Below are positions 1-9,036 of a stretch of 64,000 nt of DNA, in pieces (position 1 is the first letter of the stretch; each line of letters begins with the position of its first letter). The notes under the pieces are model-generated. The model was not told the origin of the DNA and ran no database searches. It was given only the letters and a program-made list of their open reading frames with translations. A program made the position numbers and the translations under genes. This stretch comes from a virus (lineage: Duplodnaviria; Caudoviricetes), in IMG/VR virus record IMGVR_UViG_3300027776_000009; one strand, given 5' to 3'.

Positions 1-371
1 ATTTCTTGCACCGCTGGTTGTTCAAACTCGTCCGTGAATGTGCCGCTAAAATGCGTGTCTTCGATTTTCACGAAAACAATGCTATCCCGAATGTCTTCCT
101 TCGGGAAAATGGAGCAGATAGCACTCAAAGGCACCGAAATGAAACGCGATACTCGGTTGAAACGCGCGCTAAATCGTAATCCATCATCTCCTAATTCATA
201 GTTGTGAACGGACCGCGGCGATATGTTCAGGGTAATGAAGCCATTCTGGACATATTCATCCGGAACTATGACATCCGGATGACCCGCGTCAACAACCACG
301 TATGGCGTCTGACCCCCTTCGCTGATATACCGGATTACGGCATCGATGATAAACGCACGTTTCGTTTTCAT
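1..371 (-). CDS. sspB: SspB-like ClpXP adaptor (stringent starvation protein B homologue), 3' end outside window
   Basis: Not in the ORF track. Manual translation from ATG at 371 (ATGA overlap with the stop of 368..871): MKTKRAFIIDAVIRYISEGGQTPYVVVDAGHPDVIVPDEYVQNGFITLNISPRSVHNYELGDDGLRFSARFNRVSRFISVPLSAICSIFPKE. This matches the SspB pattern TPxLVVD..V.VP.EY..G.I.LNI.PR.V.NLEL..D..RF.ARF......SVPL.A...I. Frame open to position 1. Confidence 0.88.
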   Translation of the reverse strand, partial: MKTKRAFIIDAVIRYISEGGQTPYVVVDAGHPDVIVPDEYVQNGFITLNISPRSVHNYELGDDGLRFSARFNRVSRFISVPLSAICSIFPKEDIRDSIVFVKIEDTHFSGTFTDEFEQPAVQE

Positions 372-871
372 GTTACGATCTTCCCTACTTCGTCATCCAG
401 GAAACGCATGATCAGATCCAGCAATTCGTTAGGGATTGCAAACCCGCGTGCCAAAGCGTATTCCGTGAAGTCTACCTCGAAAGCTGATCCAAGGTTTTTC
501 ACGTCGGTCTTCAGTCTTTGGTAGTTACTATCCAGTGCCGCAAAAGCCGCCGCCTGGGAGCGAAAGACCTTATCGCTACGATCATGCGCGGATTGCAGCA
601 CATTTGCAGCTTCTGCCATTTCATGACCCGTTGTTTCTAATTGCTTAGCAACAAGGGATACGACGTAAAGCTTCCTTTGCTCCAACGAGTAGTTGGGATC
701 GGAATCAGTCAGGATGTCCCGAATACTGGTTCCTCCAGGGTTCTCGTCAGTGGGACCAAAGCGGTGTTCTACGGCAGCGGATGCACCCGTCTCCTGCAAT
801 ACCTGTTTAAACTGCGCCAGAGCCCCCTTAAAGGCATAAACCGCGTTCATGTCTGTCATGATACTCTCCAA
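368..871 (-). CDS. hypothetical protein, helical/coiled-coil
   Basis: 167-aa ORF. GGAG Shine-Dalgarno lies just before Met5 (860), which is the probable start. Translationally coupled to sspB. Confidence 0.75.
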   Translation of the reverse strand: MESIMTDMNAVYAFKGALAQFKQVLQETGASAAVEHRFGPTDENPGGTSIRDILTDSDPNYSLEQRKLYVVSLVAKQLETTGHEMAEAANVLQSAHDRSDKVFRSQAAAFAALDSNYQRLKTDVKNLGSAFEVDFTEYALARGFAIPNELLDLIMRFLDDEVGKIVT

Positions 872-911
872 AAAATAGGTGGGCTAATTAGCCCACCTAG
901 GCTGTATGCCG
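870..911 (-). terminator. hairpin terminator (U-tract on - strand, TATGCCG on + side)
   Basis: TAGGTGGGC-TAATTA-GCCCACCTA with an A-run on the left and GTATGCCG on the right, just after the stop of 916..1356. Confidence 0.75.
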
Positions 912-915
912 CGCG

Positions 916-1356
916 TCAGGACGTGAAGGCAGCAGCGCCCGCTGCTTTCAACGCCGTGCGAACATGCGCTGCTTGCGCACTGGCCTTGGCCTTGTACGAA
1001 CTGGTCACCCAGCCGTAGTTGGTGATTGACGTGTCGCTCCCCGGCGCCTTGGTTTCGAAGGTGCGGTGAACCGTTACGCTCACTTTGTCGGAACCGACCT
1101 TCAGGGTCATGCTGGATTGCTCCAGTTCCTTGTCAGCCTTCATGGCTTCGATTACCAGTTCACCCGCTGCCAGCTCCGTCGCCGCCAGGAAGTCTTGGCG
1201 GTGACGTTGCACCTTTTCCACGGTTTCCATGGTCAGGTCGTTGCCAGTCAGGGTTTGGGCATAGAGGTCATCGGGGCGCTCGATGTTCGAGCCAGCCACG
1301 GTCAGTTTGGGTTTGATAGCATCAGCCATCGCGCGGACTTGAGCATTGATACTCAT
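916..1356 (-). CDS. hypothetical jumbo-phage protein, probably abundant
   Basis: 146-aa ORF with GGAG Shine-Dalgarno, strongly C/G-ending codons, its own promoter-like motif upstream (1454-1471) and a terminator downstream. Confidence 0.8.
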   Translation of the reverse strand: MSINAQVRAMADAIKPKLTVAGSNIERPDDLYAQTLTGNDLTMETVEKVQRHRQDFLAATELAAGELVIEAMKADKELEQSSMTLKVGSDKVSVTVHRTFETKAPGSDTSITNYGWVTSSYKAKASAQAAHVRTALKAAGAAAFTS

Positions 1357-1453
1357 GTTTTTCTCTCCGGAGGTTACGGTCGTTAATTGACCATGAAATG
1401 AGGCGTCTGTGTAAAAACTTAAGACACCGAAAGCAGTCTAGCTCTACTTCCAG

Positions 1454-1471
1454 TTAAGTAGTGTGTATGTT
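1454..1471 (-). promoter_or_regulatory. putative early (virion RNAP) promoter, variant
   Basis: Minus strand AACATACACACTACTTAA, nearly identical to 22171-22190 and related to the GATACATATCACTTAAG repeats. Confidence 0.55.
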
Positions 1472-1485
1472 TTTTGAATTAGGAT

Positions 1486-1521
1486 CATATCTCCCCACTG
1501 GGTAATTCCAGTGGGGAGATA
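1486..1521 (-). terminator. hairpin downstream of the protease gene
   Basis: ATCTCCCCACTGG-GTAATT-CCAGTGGGGAGAT perfect 13-bp stem, followed on the minus strand by a TATG-containing tail. Confidence 0.7.
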
Positions 1522-1527
1522 GAGGAT

Positions 1528-2307
1528 TTACCATTTGGCGGATGGGGGGAGATAGATGCGTGACGCCGGAGCAGTCGTCTTTTCACGGAACAGTCGCACT
1601 GCCTCATAGAGACGATCACGATCATCGCTTTCCATCCCGACACCGAACCGACCGCTGCGTACTTGCTCAGCAGCCGTCATCAGGGTATTGAGATCGAAAC
1701 TGTGACCATCAATGGACTCCAGACTCGGGGAGTTGTACTTGTGCGCCAGCGCAATACCGGGCTCGTTGACATAGTCCCACGTTACCAGCATCCGTACTGT
1801 CTTGATCATCCCACCCTGTGGTCCGGGTACATCGTTGGTCAGTGTACGCACCGAGAACGACGCATTCTGGTTAGGGTCTTTCAGACTTTCTTCCAGATAA
1901 GTTCCAAACGGACCCGAGGGTTTCACCAACCCTGTAACGACGACTTCGCGTTCTCCGTTCATAGCCACACGGTCTTGTTCATTCAACTGAATCCGGTTGA
2001 AGTAACAGCAGACTTGGGTTTCACGGATTTCCATAACCCGGCGAATGAAATCATTCTCCGTGCGAACGCTATCGCGCTTAGGGTGCCCGTATTCGCCCCG
2101 CAATGCGTTGGCGGCAATGCGTCGTTGAAACGGGGATGAGCTTTCAAACATATCTTTAACCGGACCCAGTGGGTAGAAGTCCTTGTGGTTGTTGGCGTAA
2201 TTGAACGCTCCCAACACCAATTCGTACCGCCCATCTGCATCCGGTTTCAGAATGCCTTTTTTACCTGAGTTTCTCAGGATGTTACTTTCATACGTGATAA
2301 CTGTCAT
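1528..2307 (-). CDS. prohead (head maturation) serine protease, phiKZ gp175-like
   Basis: LRGEYGHP (catalytic His), SFSVR (catalytic Ser) and TWDYVNEPG motifs of T4 gp21/phiKZ gp175-type proteases. C-terminal self-cleavage-type sites SLE and GME. Confidence 0.9.
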   Translation of the reverse strand: MTVITYESNILRNSGKKGILKPDADGRYELVLGAFNYANNHKDFYPLGPVKDMFESSSPFQRRIAANALRGEYGHPKRDSVRTENDFIRRVMEIRETQVCCYFNRIQLNEQDRVAMNGEREVVVTGLVKPSGPFGTYLEESLKDPNQNASFSVRTLTNDVPGPQGGMIKTVRMLVTWDYVNEPGIALAHKYNSPSLESIDGHSFDLNTLMTAAEQVRSGRFGVGMESDDRDRLYEAVRLFREKTTAPASRIYLPPSAKW

Positions 2308-2318
2308 GTGTTCCTCGG

Positions 2319-3053
2319 CTACATACGCAACAGGGATTCAATACCTTCCACCTTTTCACTGGGGTTAACCAGAGCCGACATCATCCCGTCGTCCATATAG
2401 GACCCTAGGAGTTTCGATACCGTGCTGGTGGCGCCATAGATGACGTTTCGGAACGCGATGTAGGCAGGCGGGACTTTCAGTGCGGCATCTTCGGTGAGCG
2501 TCTGGCGATAATAGATCGTGCGATCATCCCGGTGGCGCGCGATAGACCCCACGATCATTTCCAAGACAGCATTAGACGCATCCAGCCCCATCGCCGCATG
2601 CCGTTCCGAACTGATGAACAAGGTGCACATATCCTCGTACGAGAAGAATGCGGGAATATGTCCCTTAGCCACAAACTCATCGTACACCGGAAACACCAAA
2701 GTGTCATTCTTCACCAGATCCAAGTTACCGCAAATCTCAGCCCCCGGATCAAAGCTCAGCTCGTAGTAATCGTCTCCCTGAATCTTGATGATTGCCGTAG
2801 AGGAAGGGGTTACAGTCAGCATGGCAATCGCACTGGAGATACCGTACCGTGCCTGAGTTCCTTCCCCAACGACTATTGCGAAGATGCCAAGAATACGGAT
2901 CTCGTCACCCACTGTCATGAGCTTGTGCGTCTCATAACGACAAGGGACGTAGATACGGCACCCAGCCGTGGTAATCCATACCTTGCCGCCTTCAACCACC
3001 GGACACGCAGCGTTGATAGCCGCTGCATCACGCTTCAGCGCTGCAAAGTCCAT
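2319..3053 (-). CDS. conserved phiKZ-like protein (gp176-like by position)
   Basis: 244-aa ORF in the conserved block between the protease and the vRNAP beta gene. Confidence 0.7.
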   Translation of the reverse strand: MDFAALKRDAAAINAACPVVEGGKVWITTAGCRIYVPCRYETHKLMTVGDEIRILGIFAIVVGEGTQARYGISSAIAMLTVTPSSTAIIKIQGDDYYELSFDPGAEICGNLDLVKNDTLVFPVYDEFVAKGHIPAFFSYEDMCTLFISSERHAAMGLDASNAVLEMIVGSIARHRDDRTIYYRQTLTEDAALKVPPAYIAFRNVIYGATSTVSKLLGSYMDDGMMSALVNPSEKVEGIESLLRM

Positions 3054-3057
3054 GATG

Positions 3058-4533
3058 TTACCCTCTCACGATGACTTGTTTCACCAACCACGCAACCACA
3101 ATGTCAACCACAGCCAAGGTAGCCACTTCGTCGATTTCCAGATCGGGTTCACGTGCAGCCACGGCATCGATAGTCTCCAGAATCTGAAGACAGTCGCGGT
3201 AATCATACAGCGTCTTACAAACCACCCGACGAACGATCTGGTAGATATGGTCGGGGTCTTCGTGACGGCAGTGTGACAGTGCTTGATCCAGTTTCTGGTG
3301 GTAGGGAGCACGATCTCCCAGAATCTGATCCTCGTCCTTCATGCTGTTAATCAACGCAGTCATGACGTCACGCAGGGTGTTGATAATCACCACGATGCGT
3401 TCGTTGTACTGAGCACTGCGGACCAGTGCGGCACGACGACGCCATTGCTCCAGATACTTCTCAGCATTTTCCAACAGGAACTCGCCGTCGGATACGCGAT
3501 CGCTGATCGCGGCACCCATCAGGATTTCCGGAGCCCCTCCCTTGTCGAGCCATTCCAGATAGACGTCATTGTTGACCAGAATCTGACCCCCTTCGCTCCA
3601 GAACGTGCGATACTCAGCACCCGCGATCGGCCAAGAAATCACAAGACGCTTCGCTTCCTTACAGTTCTGACGCCATTCCATGACGTTGTTGATCGTGAGG
3701 CCCGCGCGGGCGATGACCGCAGTCATCATTTGTTCGTATGCACCCAGAGGCACATTGATATCTTCCATGACATTGGCCAGCATGTAGTGCGCCAGTGCAA
3801 AGATGATCAACGCGTTGGTGCGGTACACTTTCCCTGTCCCGTCCAGCCAGTCGTTGACGTTGAAGTTGGCGTCGTAAACACCCACCTCCGGCCGTGCAGC
3901 GAAGAAACCTTGATAGACCGAGAAGACCTGATCTTGCCCAATGGTGGCGACCCAATCCTTCAGCTCCTTATCCAAGCGGGATGACCCAGTGGTGAGCATG
4001 GCAACGACTTCGTCAGATGTCCGCTGCGGGTGCACACGAGGATCACCGATTTGTCCCAGCTTGGGGATGTCTTGGAAGGGTTCAACCAATGAAGCCAGCG
4101 ACGTCGAATCCCAGACCGGTTCGTACATATCCGGCGTTACCGCCATGGAATTGGCAATACGAGTGTCGCTATCTTTCAATGCCTGGTTGACCTGACCCAC
4201 GACTTCGTCAATCTGAGGTTTCACCACCGTCCGGGTGAACAGGATACTACCGCGGAGGCTATCTGCGGCCACCTTGATTTGGGCGTCCAAGCAAACTTGG
4301 TGTTCGCCAGTCCCAGCACGGTCAGTGAGCTCCACCTGGTCCAGCAGGATATTCAGCTTTTCTTCCACCGGTTGAGCCGATGCTTCCCAAGCGCGCGTAT
4401 CGACGATGGGGACATGTTGTTCAGCCACCAGATTACCGAGCGGGGTATTCGGGATCGGTTCCACGGTGACGTTGGCTGCCGTCAGGTTACGAACCATGGG
4501 TGCAACAGCGTTGATTACGGATCTGTTCAGCAT
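3058..4533 (-). CDS. conserved phiKZ-like protein (gp177-like by position)
   Basis: 491-aa ORF, AAGGA Shine-Dalgarno, tightly packed in the same operon. Confidence 0.7.
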   Translation of the reverse strand: MLNRSVINAVAPMVRNLTAANVTVEPIPNTPLGNLVAEQHVPIVDTRAWEASAQPVEEKLNILLDQVELTDRAGTGEHQVCLDAQIKVAADSLRGSILFTRTVVKPQIDEVVGQVNQALKDSDTRIANSMAVTPDMYEPVWDSTSLASLVEPFQDIPKLGQIGDPRVHPQRTSDEVVAMLTTGSSRLDKELKDWVATIGQDQVFSVYQGFFAARPEVGVYDANFNVNDWLDGTGKVYRTNALIIFALAHYMLANVMEDINVPLGAYEQMMTAVIARAGLTINNVMEWRQNCKEAKRLVISWPIAGAEYRTFWSEGGQILVNNDVYLEWLDKGGAPEILMGAAISDRVSDGEFLLENAEKYLEQWRRRAALVRSAQYNERIVVIINTLRDVMTALINSMKDEDQILGDRAPYHQKLDQALSHCRHEDPDHIYQIVRRVVCKTLYDYRDCLQILETIDAVAAREPDLEIDEVATLAVVDIVVAWLVKQVIVRG

Positions 4534-4545
4534 GATTGCGTTTCC

Positions 4546-4749
4546 TTATTGACGCGGCAAAGCCGCCAGTTTGGTATTCACCGTGTTCGCCACCAGATCC
4601 ATGAGGAAATCAGAATCAGGACCCACCACGCTCTCTCCGCGAATCGTAGGGGACAGTGCGTCGCCTACCAATTCCCGCACCACACCGCACGCTACTTCGG
4701 TCAGGTTCCCCAAAGTCACGTACGATCCAATCACCTTATCGGTATTCAT
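4546..4749 (-). CDS. small hypothetical protein
   Basis: 67-aa ORF with GAGGA Shine-Dalgarno. Fills the gap in a co-directional operon. Confidence 0.65.
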   Translation of the reverse strand: MNTDKVIGSYVTLGNLTEVACGVVRELVGDALSPTIRGESVVGPDSDFLMDLVANTVNTKLAALPRQ

Positions 4750-4769
4750 GCTGAATCCTCAGTAGTGTT

Positions 4770-4800
4770 AAAAATAGTGAGGGAGTTACCTCCCTCACTG
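4770..4800 (-). terminator. intrinsic terminator after vRNAP beta gene
   Basis: AGTGAGGGAG-TTAC-CTCCCTCACT stem, followed on the minus strand by ATTTTT. Confidence 0.7.
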
Positions 4801-4805
4801 TTGAG

Positions 4806-7800
4806 TCATCCTCGGTAGGCGGCAATCATTCGCTTACCGATCTCCACGGCCAGCGTGGAGGTGGTTCCAATGAGATCCCCGGAGTTCACAATCCGTTTAT
4901 CGAACGAACGATAACTGAACTTAGCATCCAGAGAAACCCCTTCATCTGTTTCCAGAACACCGGTAAAGACTTCCCCTACCGTCCCTTTCATCTGATTAGC
5001 AAAGACAAACTTATCAGCGACCCCCATGGGGTTAGGTCCAGTAATGTAAATCTTAATAACGGCTTGTTTATCATCAATGGGTTTCCCACTGACTCGCGTA
5101 CCGCGTTCAAGATTAGCTTCACCGACAGCTCGACGGAGTTCTTTATTGGTTCGGCGCATCTTGGTGTCCGATTGTTCAGCCAGTGTTTTCAGACTGGGTG
5201 ACATATCTTCGGTATCGCCGCAATAGACGACCTCAATGCGTTCCACCTTGCCAGGGTATTTGGCCTTGGGGGAGGTTTGTGATAATGACATCAGTGTGCT
5301 GAGTGCTTCATCACTGAAAATATCGGAATTACCGCCACTCGCGTGGTGGATAGTACATAAAATACTTTCAGTAGTGAGTGTTTCTCCGACTTTGACCAGA
5401 TTACGAACCTCTTTATCAAAATCGACCGAGACCTCACGGACACGAGTGATGGTGGTAGCCATCTTCTCCGCAAAGGATTCACTCAGTGCGCACGAATCTT
5501 CGAAGACCGCCTGGACCTCACAGAAGACCGTATAGGCCAATACACCGAACTTCAGCAAGACATTCTTGGGGTTCATGATGTCGGGTGTGTAATACATGCT
5601 GTTGTATAGCAGGATATCACTCTTCTTAAACTCATCCCCGACTTTGAACACCGTATCAAGCTGATGGGGCACGTCTTCACCATCCCACTTTCCGTACTGT
5701 CGCCCCATGGGAAAGCTATCCACCGCACCCGATGCATACTGGATCACCATCACGTCGTTCTGGATCGAGACGATCTTCCCGTCTTCTTTCGCAGCTTGTG
5801 AAAACAAGCGAGAGCTCCGCTGTGCGATTACGCGCTCGTAACCCGTACGTGTAGGCAGAGGAGTGTAACCAACGGCGTGAGTGGTGGCAGAGTTCTGGAT
5901 ATTACAGAAGTTCCCCCGAGTAGGCGAATCACGATCAACTGCTGGTGCTAGCATCACACTCGTACTTAGCATCTTAGCCGGATCCTTAACCGGGTCTTTG
6001 ACGCGCCGAGTCGTGCCACGCAGACTGTTGAAATTGGGATCTGCTGTCAGATAGGTGATAGTAGCCACTTCCCCGGAATCCACTGTAGCCTCAGAGATGA
6101 CCCCCATGGCGTTCTTGTGATACTTCCGCGAAGGTGCAGTCATGGAGCGGCTTGACCGACCCCCATGTCCTGAGTACACCACGACTTCTTGTTCCTTGAG
6201 CGCGTGAATAGGATTGGCATCCTTTACCGGCATCTTGGTTTCATCTTCACTGATCGCTGACCACACGGCGTATGGGTGCATGTCCACCATGGCGTTAGCC
6301 GTACTGGCCTTCATGCTGTAATCCGTCAGTGATCGCATGAGCTGATCGTAAAGTATCCCAGCAAACCGTTCATAGCCCTTGATTCGCATATGTTCCATGT
6401 CCATGGGGTCTGGACACGTATTGAGCGTAAGTTTCTTGGTCGCTGAAATGAAGAGTTCGAACAGTGTTAAGGGTTCATCCATTTCCACCAGCAACCCCCG
6501 GGTAATAGGATCCACCCAGAGGTTGAACATCAGGTCGATCTTACGGAGATGTCGTGCACGGATGTCCACATCGTTCAGGATGTTGGCGTAGACTTCGGGC
6601 TTGTCGAAATGATAGATGCTGTATCGCTTGATCTCGTTGTGGTACCGATTGAATCCTTGCATCAACAACGTCGCTACCGCATCACGTCGATCCAGAATGA
6701 GTTTCTCATCCTGAAACCGCACTACGTACTCCGTAGGACCCAAGGTCTCTCGCTCACCCACCAGGACCCGACGATGTCTTGCCTTAAGGGTTTTCAGCAA
6801 GTTTCCAAGACCTGCCTGCATGGCCAAGAGAATCCCCACAGGAATGTCTTTACCAAAGACGCCAACCTCCACGTAGTCCGTGGGACGTTTTTCCGAAGGG
6901 AGACCCAGAAAGGTATCCAGTTGCCCCATAGCACGTTTCTCATCCAGATTTCCCAGATGCGAAATGTGATAGAGTTCATTGTCAAAGTCCATGACAAGAA
7001 CCCCTTCGGTTCCTTTGGCGACCGGAATCAGTTCCCCCTTGCTTGCGAGTAATACATCCTTGACAACCTGGGCACCGAAGAAATCTTGACCGGCTTTGTA
7101 GTCAAAGTTAAAGGTGTATCCAGCCACTACAAATGACCGAATGCGTTGGGCGATGGCAGCATACGCCGGAGGAACAGCGTGATCCTTCGTGAAGCAGTTG
7201 GCAAACTTGATGTCAGACAGCGCGCCCTCCTGGTTCCCAATTCGGCTGATCTTAATGATCTGGTTACACAGCCACTGATCGTAACTAAACGCCACTCGTT
7301 CCGTTTTGCGAACAAACATCTTGCTGAAGTAACTTGTCAGAGAGACTTCGTCTGGCGCAGTTTTACGAATAGGGGAATCTCCGCGTTGCTTACGCAAACG
7401 GTATATTGTCCCCCCAGCCAGATAGGTTCCATCAGGCTTCACAATCGGTAGTCGGAAGCTAATGGTGTTCGGTTTACCAATCGCTGGGACCAATCGCACG
7501 GTGTGGATTTCGTAGGAATCCTGCATCGTATCAACGCGTCGGATATTGTAATCCTGCACGGCTATCCCAGCTCTTTGAACCGACATGACCGTCGAGACAA
7601 TGTCTTTCGGAAGAATGTTCTCGATATAGCGTTCATCGAAATGCTGAAGAGAGCAGGATCGCATGGAGTTATCCAACACTCCCGTCACTGGACCAATCAT
7701 CTCCGCGGTCTCCGGAACCTGGAGTTCCTCGGGTTTGATCTCCAGAAGATCCGTCAGTTTACCATCCCCGTAAGGGTTAGGTAGGGACTTATACCGTTGG

Positions 7801-9035
7801 CTAATAGCCACCAACCGTCCGTGCTCACCGGCTGAAAGTAATCCCTTCTTTACCAAAGACATCGCTTTGGTTTCCACTGCGTTGTCTATAGTGACTTCTT
7901 TAGCCACGTATCCCTGATAGACTCCTTCTTCTTCTTCAGGAGCAGCTTCTTCATCGGGAATAGCGTCCAGATCCTTATCGACCTGCTGAAGGACTTCCGC
8001 AGTATCCTGCGAGTCTTCCCCCAACAACTGGGAGGTGTCTTCTTTGTCGACTTCATTTTCAGGTAGCTTATCGGCTGCCTTCATGACTTCGTCTAGGGTT
8101 TTCGCAGGGGATGGATTACTGTCTTTATCTGCGGCAGGTGCTGCTTCCGTCACCGAAGCATCTTCAGTGACCACCGTAACGGATTCTTGCAATGACATAT
8201 TCATCCGAAGATAGAGCCGTTGCAGTTGTTCAGGCGTAGCCACTCCCTGTTTATTATCCGGCGTCTTTCGCATGCGCTCCAACAAACCCAGATTCAGCGT
8301 AGCCCACTTACCACCCACCAGCCACACCAAGTTCATGTATTCAACGGCTTCGCTCGGAATACGTGCCAGCGTAGACTGCGAGCGTTCTTCTCCCAACCAC
8401 TGCCACATGTCCGATAGGAAATAACTGCTTTCACCATGCAGGTTTTGGATCACGTTATTCTTACTGTGATCCTTAACCATGTTCAGTTGAGCAATACTGG
8501 GGAGTCGAACTGGAAGATCGACGCGTATGAATTGCTGCCGCCCGGTGTCTTTGGCGATCTCAGCAGCCTTGATCCAGACCATAGACATGGCATTCGCCCA
8601 ACGATCATACTGCATAATAGCCGCATGTCCCATGGGAAGATATCGGTAATGCTTCGCCAAGGGTGCGTAATTCACCACGTACAGCATCCGCTGGTTTCTC
8701 ACGGCTTGCGCATTACTCGCCAAACGCTTAAAGTTCTTGTAGCGCCGATGGAACTCTTGAACGTAGCTGGCATCATTGAACGTCCGAGAATGCGGCTCCC
8801 CACGGAGTCCCTGGATAGGCATATCCACAATGTGATCCACGACGATGTTGTTAGCGTAGCCATTCAGCAACTGATCGTCCGGACTAACCCCATCATCCTC
8901 TTCATCGGTAGTGACGTAGTGATACGCCGAATTGACTGGCAACCGCAGGGTTTCCAGATCGCTCAAGGGCGGTCTCAGCAACTGCGACACGTTCCGCATC
9001 CCGTGCTGGCGATAGAAAATCGCATACGTTTGCAT
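4806..9035 (-). CDS. virion RNA polymerase beta-like subunit (N-terminal/main part), phiKZ gp178-like
   Basis: 1409 aa. Beta-type motifs YSGHGGRS, GVISEATVDSG, DKFVFANQMKG (cf. GDK...G.KG). Adjacent to the beta' gene as in phiKZ-like phages. Confidence 0.9.
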   Translation of the reverse strand: MQTYAIFYRQHGMRNVSQLLRPPLSDLETLRLPVNSAYHYVTTDEEDDGVSPDDQLLNGYANNIVVDHIVDMPIQGLRGEPHSRTFNDASYVQEFHRRYKNFKRLASNAQAVRNQRMLYVVNYAPLAKHYRYLPMGHAAIMQYDRWANAMSMVWIKAAEIAKDTGRQQFIRVDLPVRLPSIAQLNMVKDHSKNNVIQNLHGESSYFLSDMWQWLGEERSQSTLARIPSEAVEYMNLVWLVGGKWATLNLGLLERMRKTPDNKQGVATPEQLQRLYLRMNMSLQESVTVVTEDASVTEAAPAADKDSNPSPAKTLDEVMKAADKLPENEVDKEDTSQLLGEDSQDTAEVLQQVDKDLDAIPDEEAAPEEEEGVYQGYVAKEVTIDNAVETKAMSLVKKGLLSAGEHGRLVAISQRYKSLPNPYGDGKLTDLLEIKPEELQVPETAEMIGPVTGVLDNSMRSCSLQHFDERYIENILPKDIVSTVMSVQRAGIAVQDYNIRRVDTMQDSYEIHTVRLVPAIGKPNTISFRLPIVKPDGTYLAGGTIYRLRKQRGDSPIRKTAPDEVSLTSYFSKMFVRKTERVAFSYDQWLCNQIIKISRIGNQEGALSDIKFANCFTKDHAVPPAYAAIAQRIRSFVVAGYTFNFDYKAGQDFFGAQVVKDVLLASKGELIPVAKGTEGVLVMDFDNELYHISHLGNLDEKRAMGQLDTFLGLPSEKRPTDYVEVGVFGKDIPVGILLAMQAGLGNLLKTLKARHRRVLVGERETLGPTEYVVRFQDEKLILDRRDAVATLLMQGFNRYHNEIKRYSIYHFDKPEVYANILNDVDIRARHLRKIDLMFNLWVDPITRGLLVEMDEPLTLFELFISATKKLTLNTCPDPMDMEHMRIKGYERFAGILYDQLMRSLTDYSMKASTANAMVDMHPYAVWSAISEDETKMPVKDANPIHALKEQEVVVYSGHGGRSSRSMTAPSRKYHKNAMGVISEATVDSGEVATITYLTADPNFNSLRGTTRRVKDPVKDPAKMLSTSVMLAPAVDRDSPTRGNFCNIQNSATTHAVGYTPLPTRTGYERVIAQRSSRLFSQAAKEDGKIVSIQNDVMVIQYASGAVDSFPMGRQYGKWDGEDVPHQLDTVFKVGDEFKKSDILLYNSMYYTPDIMNPKNVLLKFGVLAYTVFCEVQAVFEDSCALSESFAEKMATTITRVREVSVDFDKEVRNLVKVGETLTTESILCTIHHASGGNSDIFSDEALSTLMSLSQTSPKAKYPGKVERIEVVYCGDTEDMSPSLKTLAEQSDTKMRRTNKELRRAVGEANLERGTRVSGKPIDDKQAVIKIYITGPNPMGVADKFVFANQMKGTVGEVFTGVLETDEGVSLDAKFSYRSFDKRIVNSGDLIGTTSTLAVEIGKRMIAAYRG

Positions 9036-9036
9036 C

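Noticed and set aside
204-524. 106-aa plus-strand ORF in the track
   Set aside because: Overlaps the SspB-like gene and the 368..871 gene on the opposite strand. The minus-strand frame has clear family similarity.
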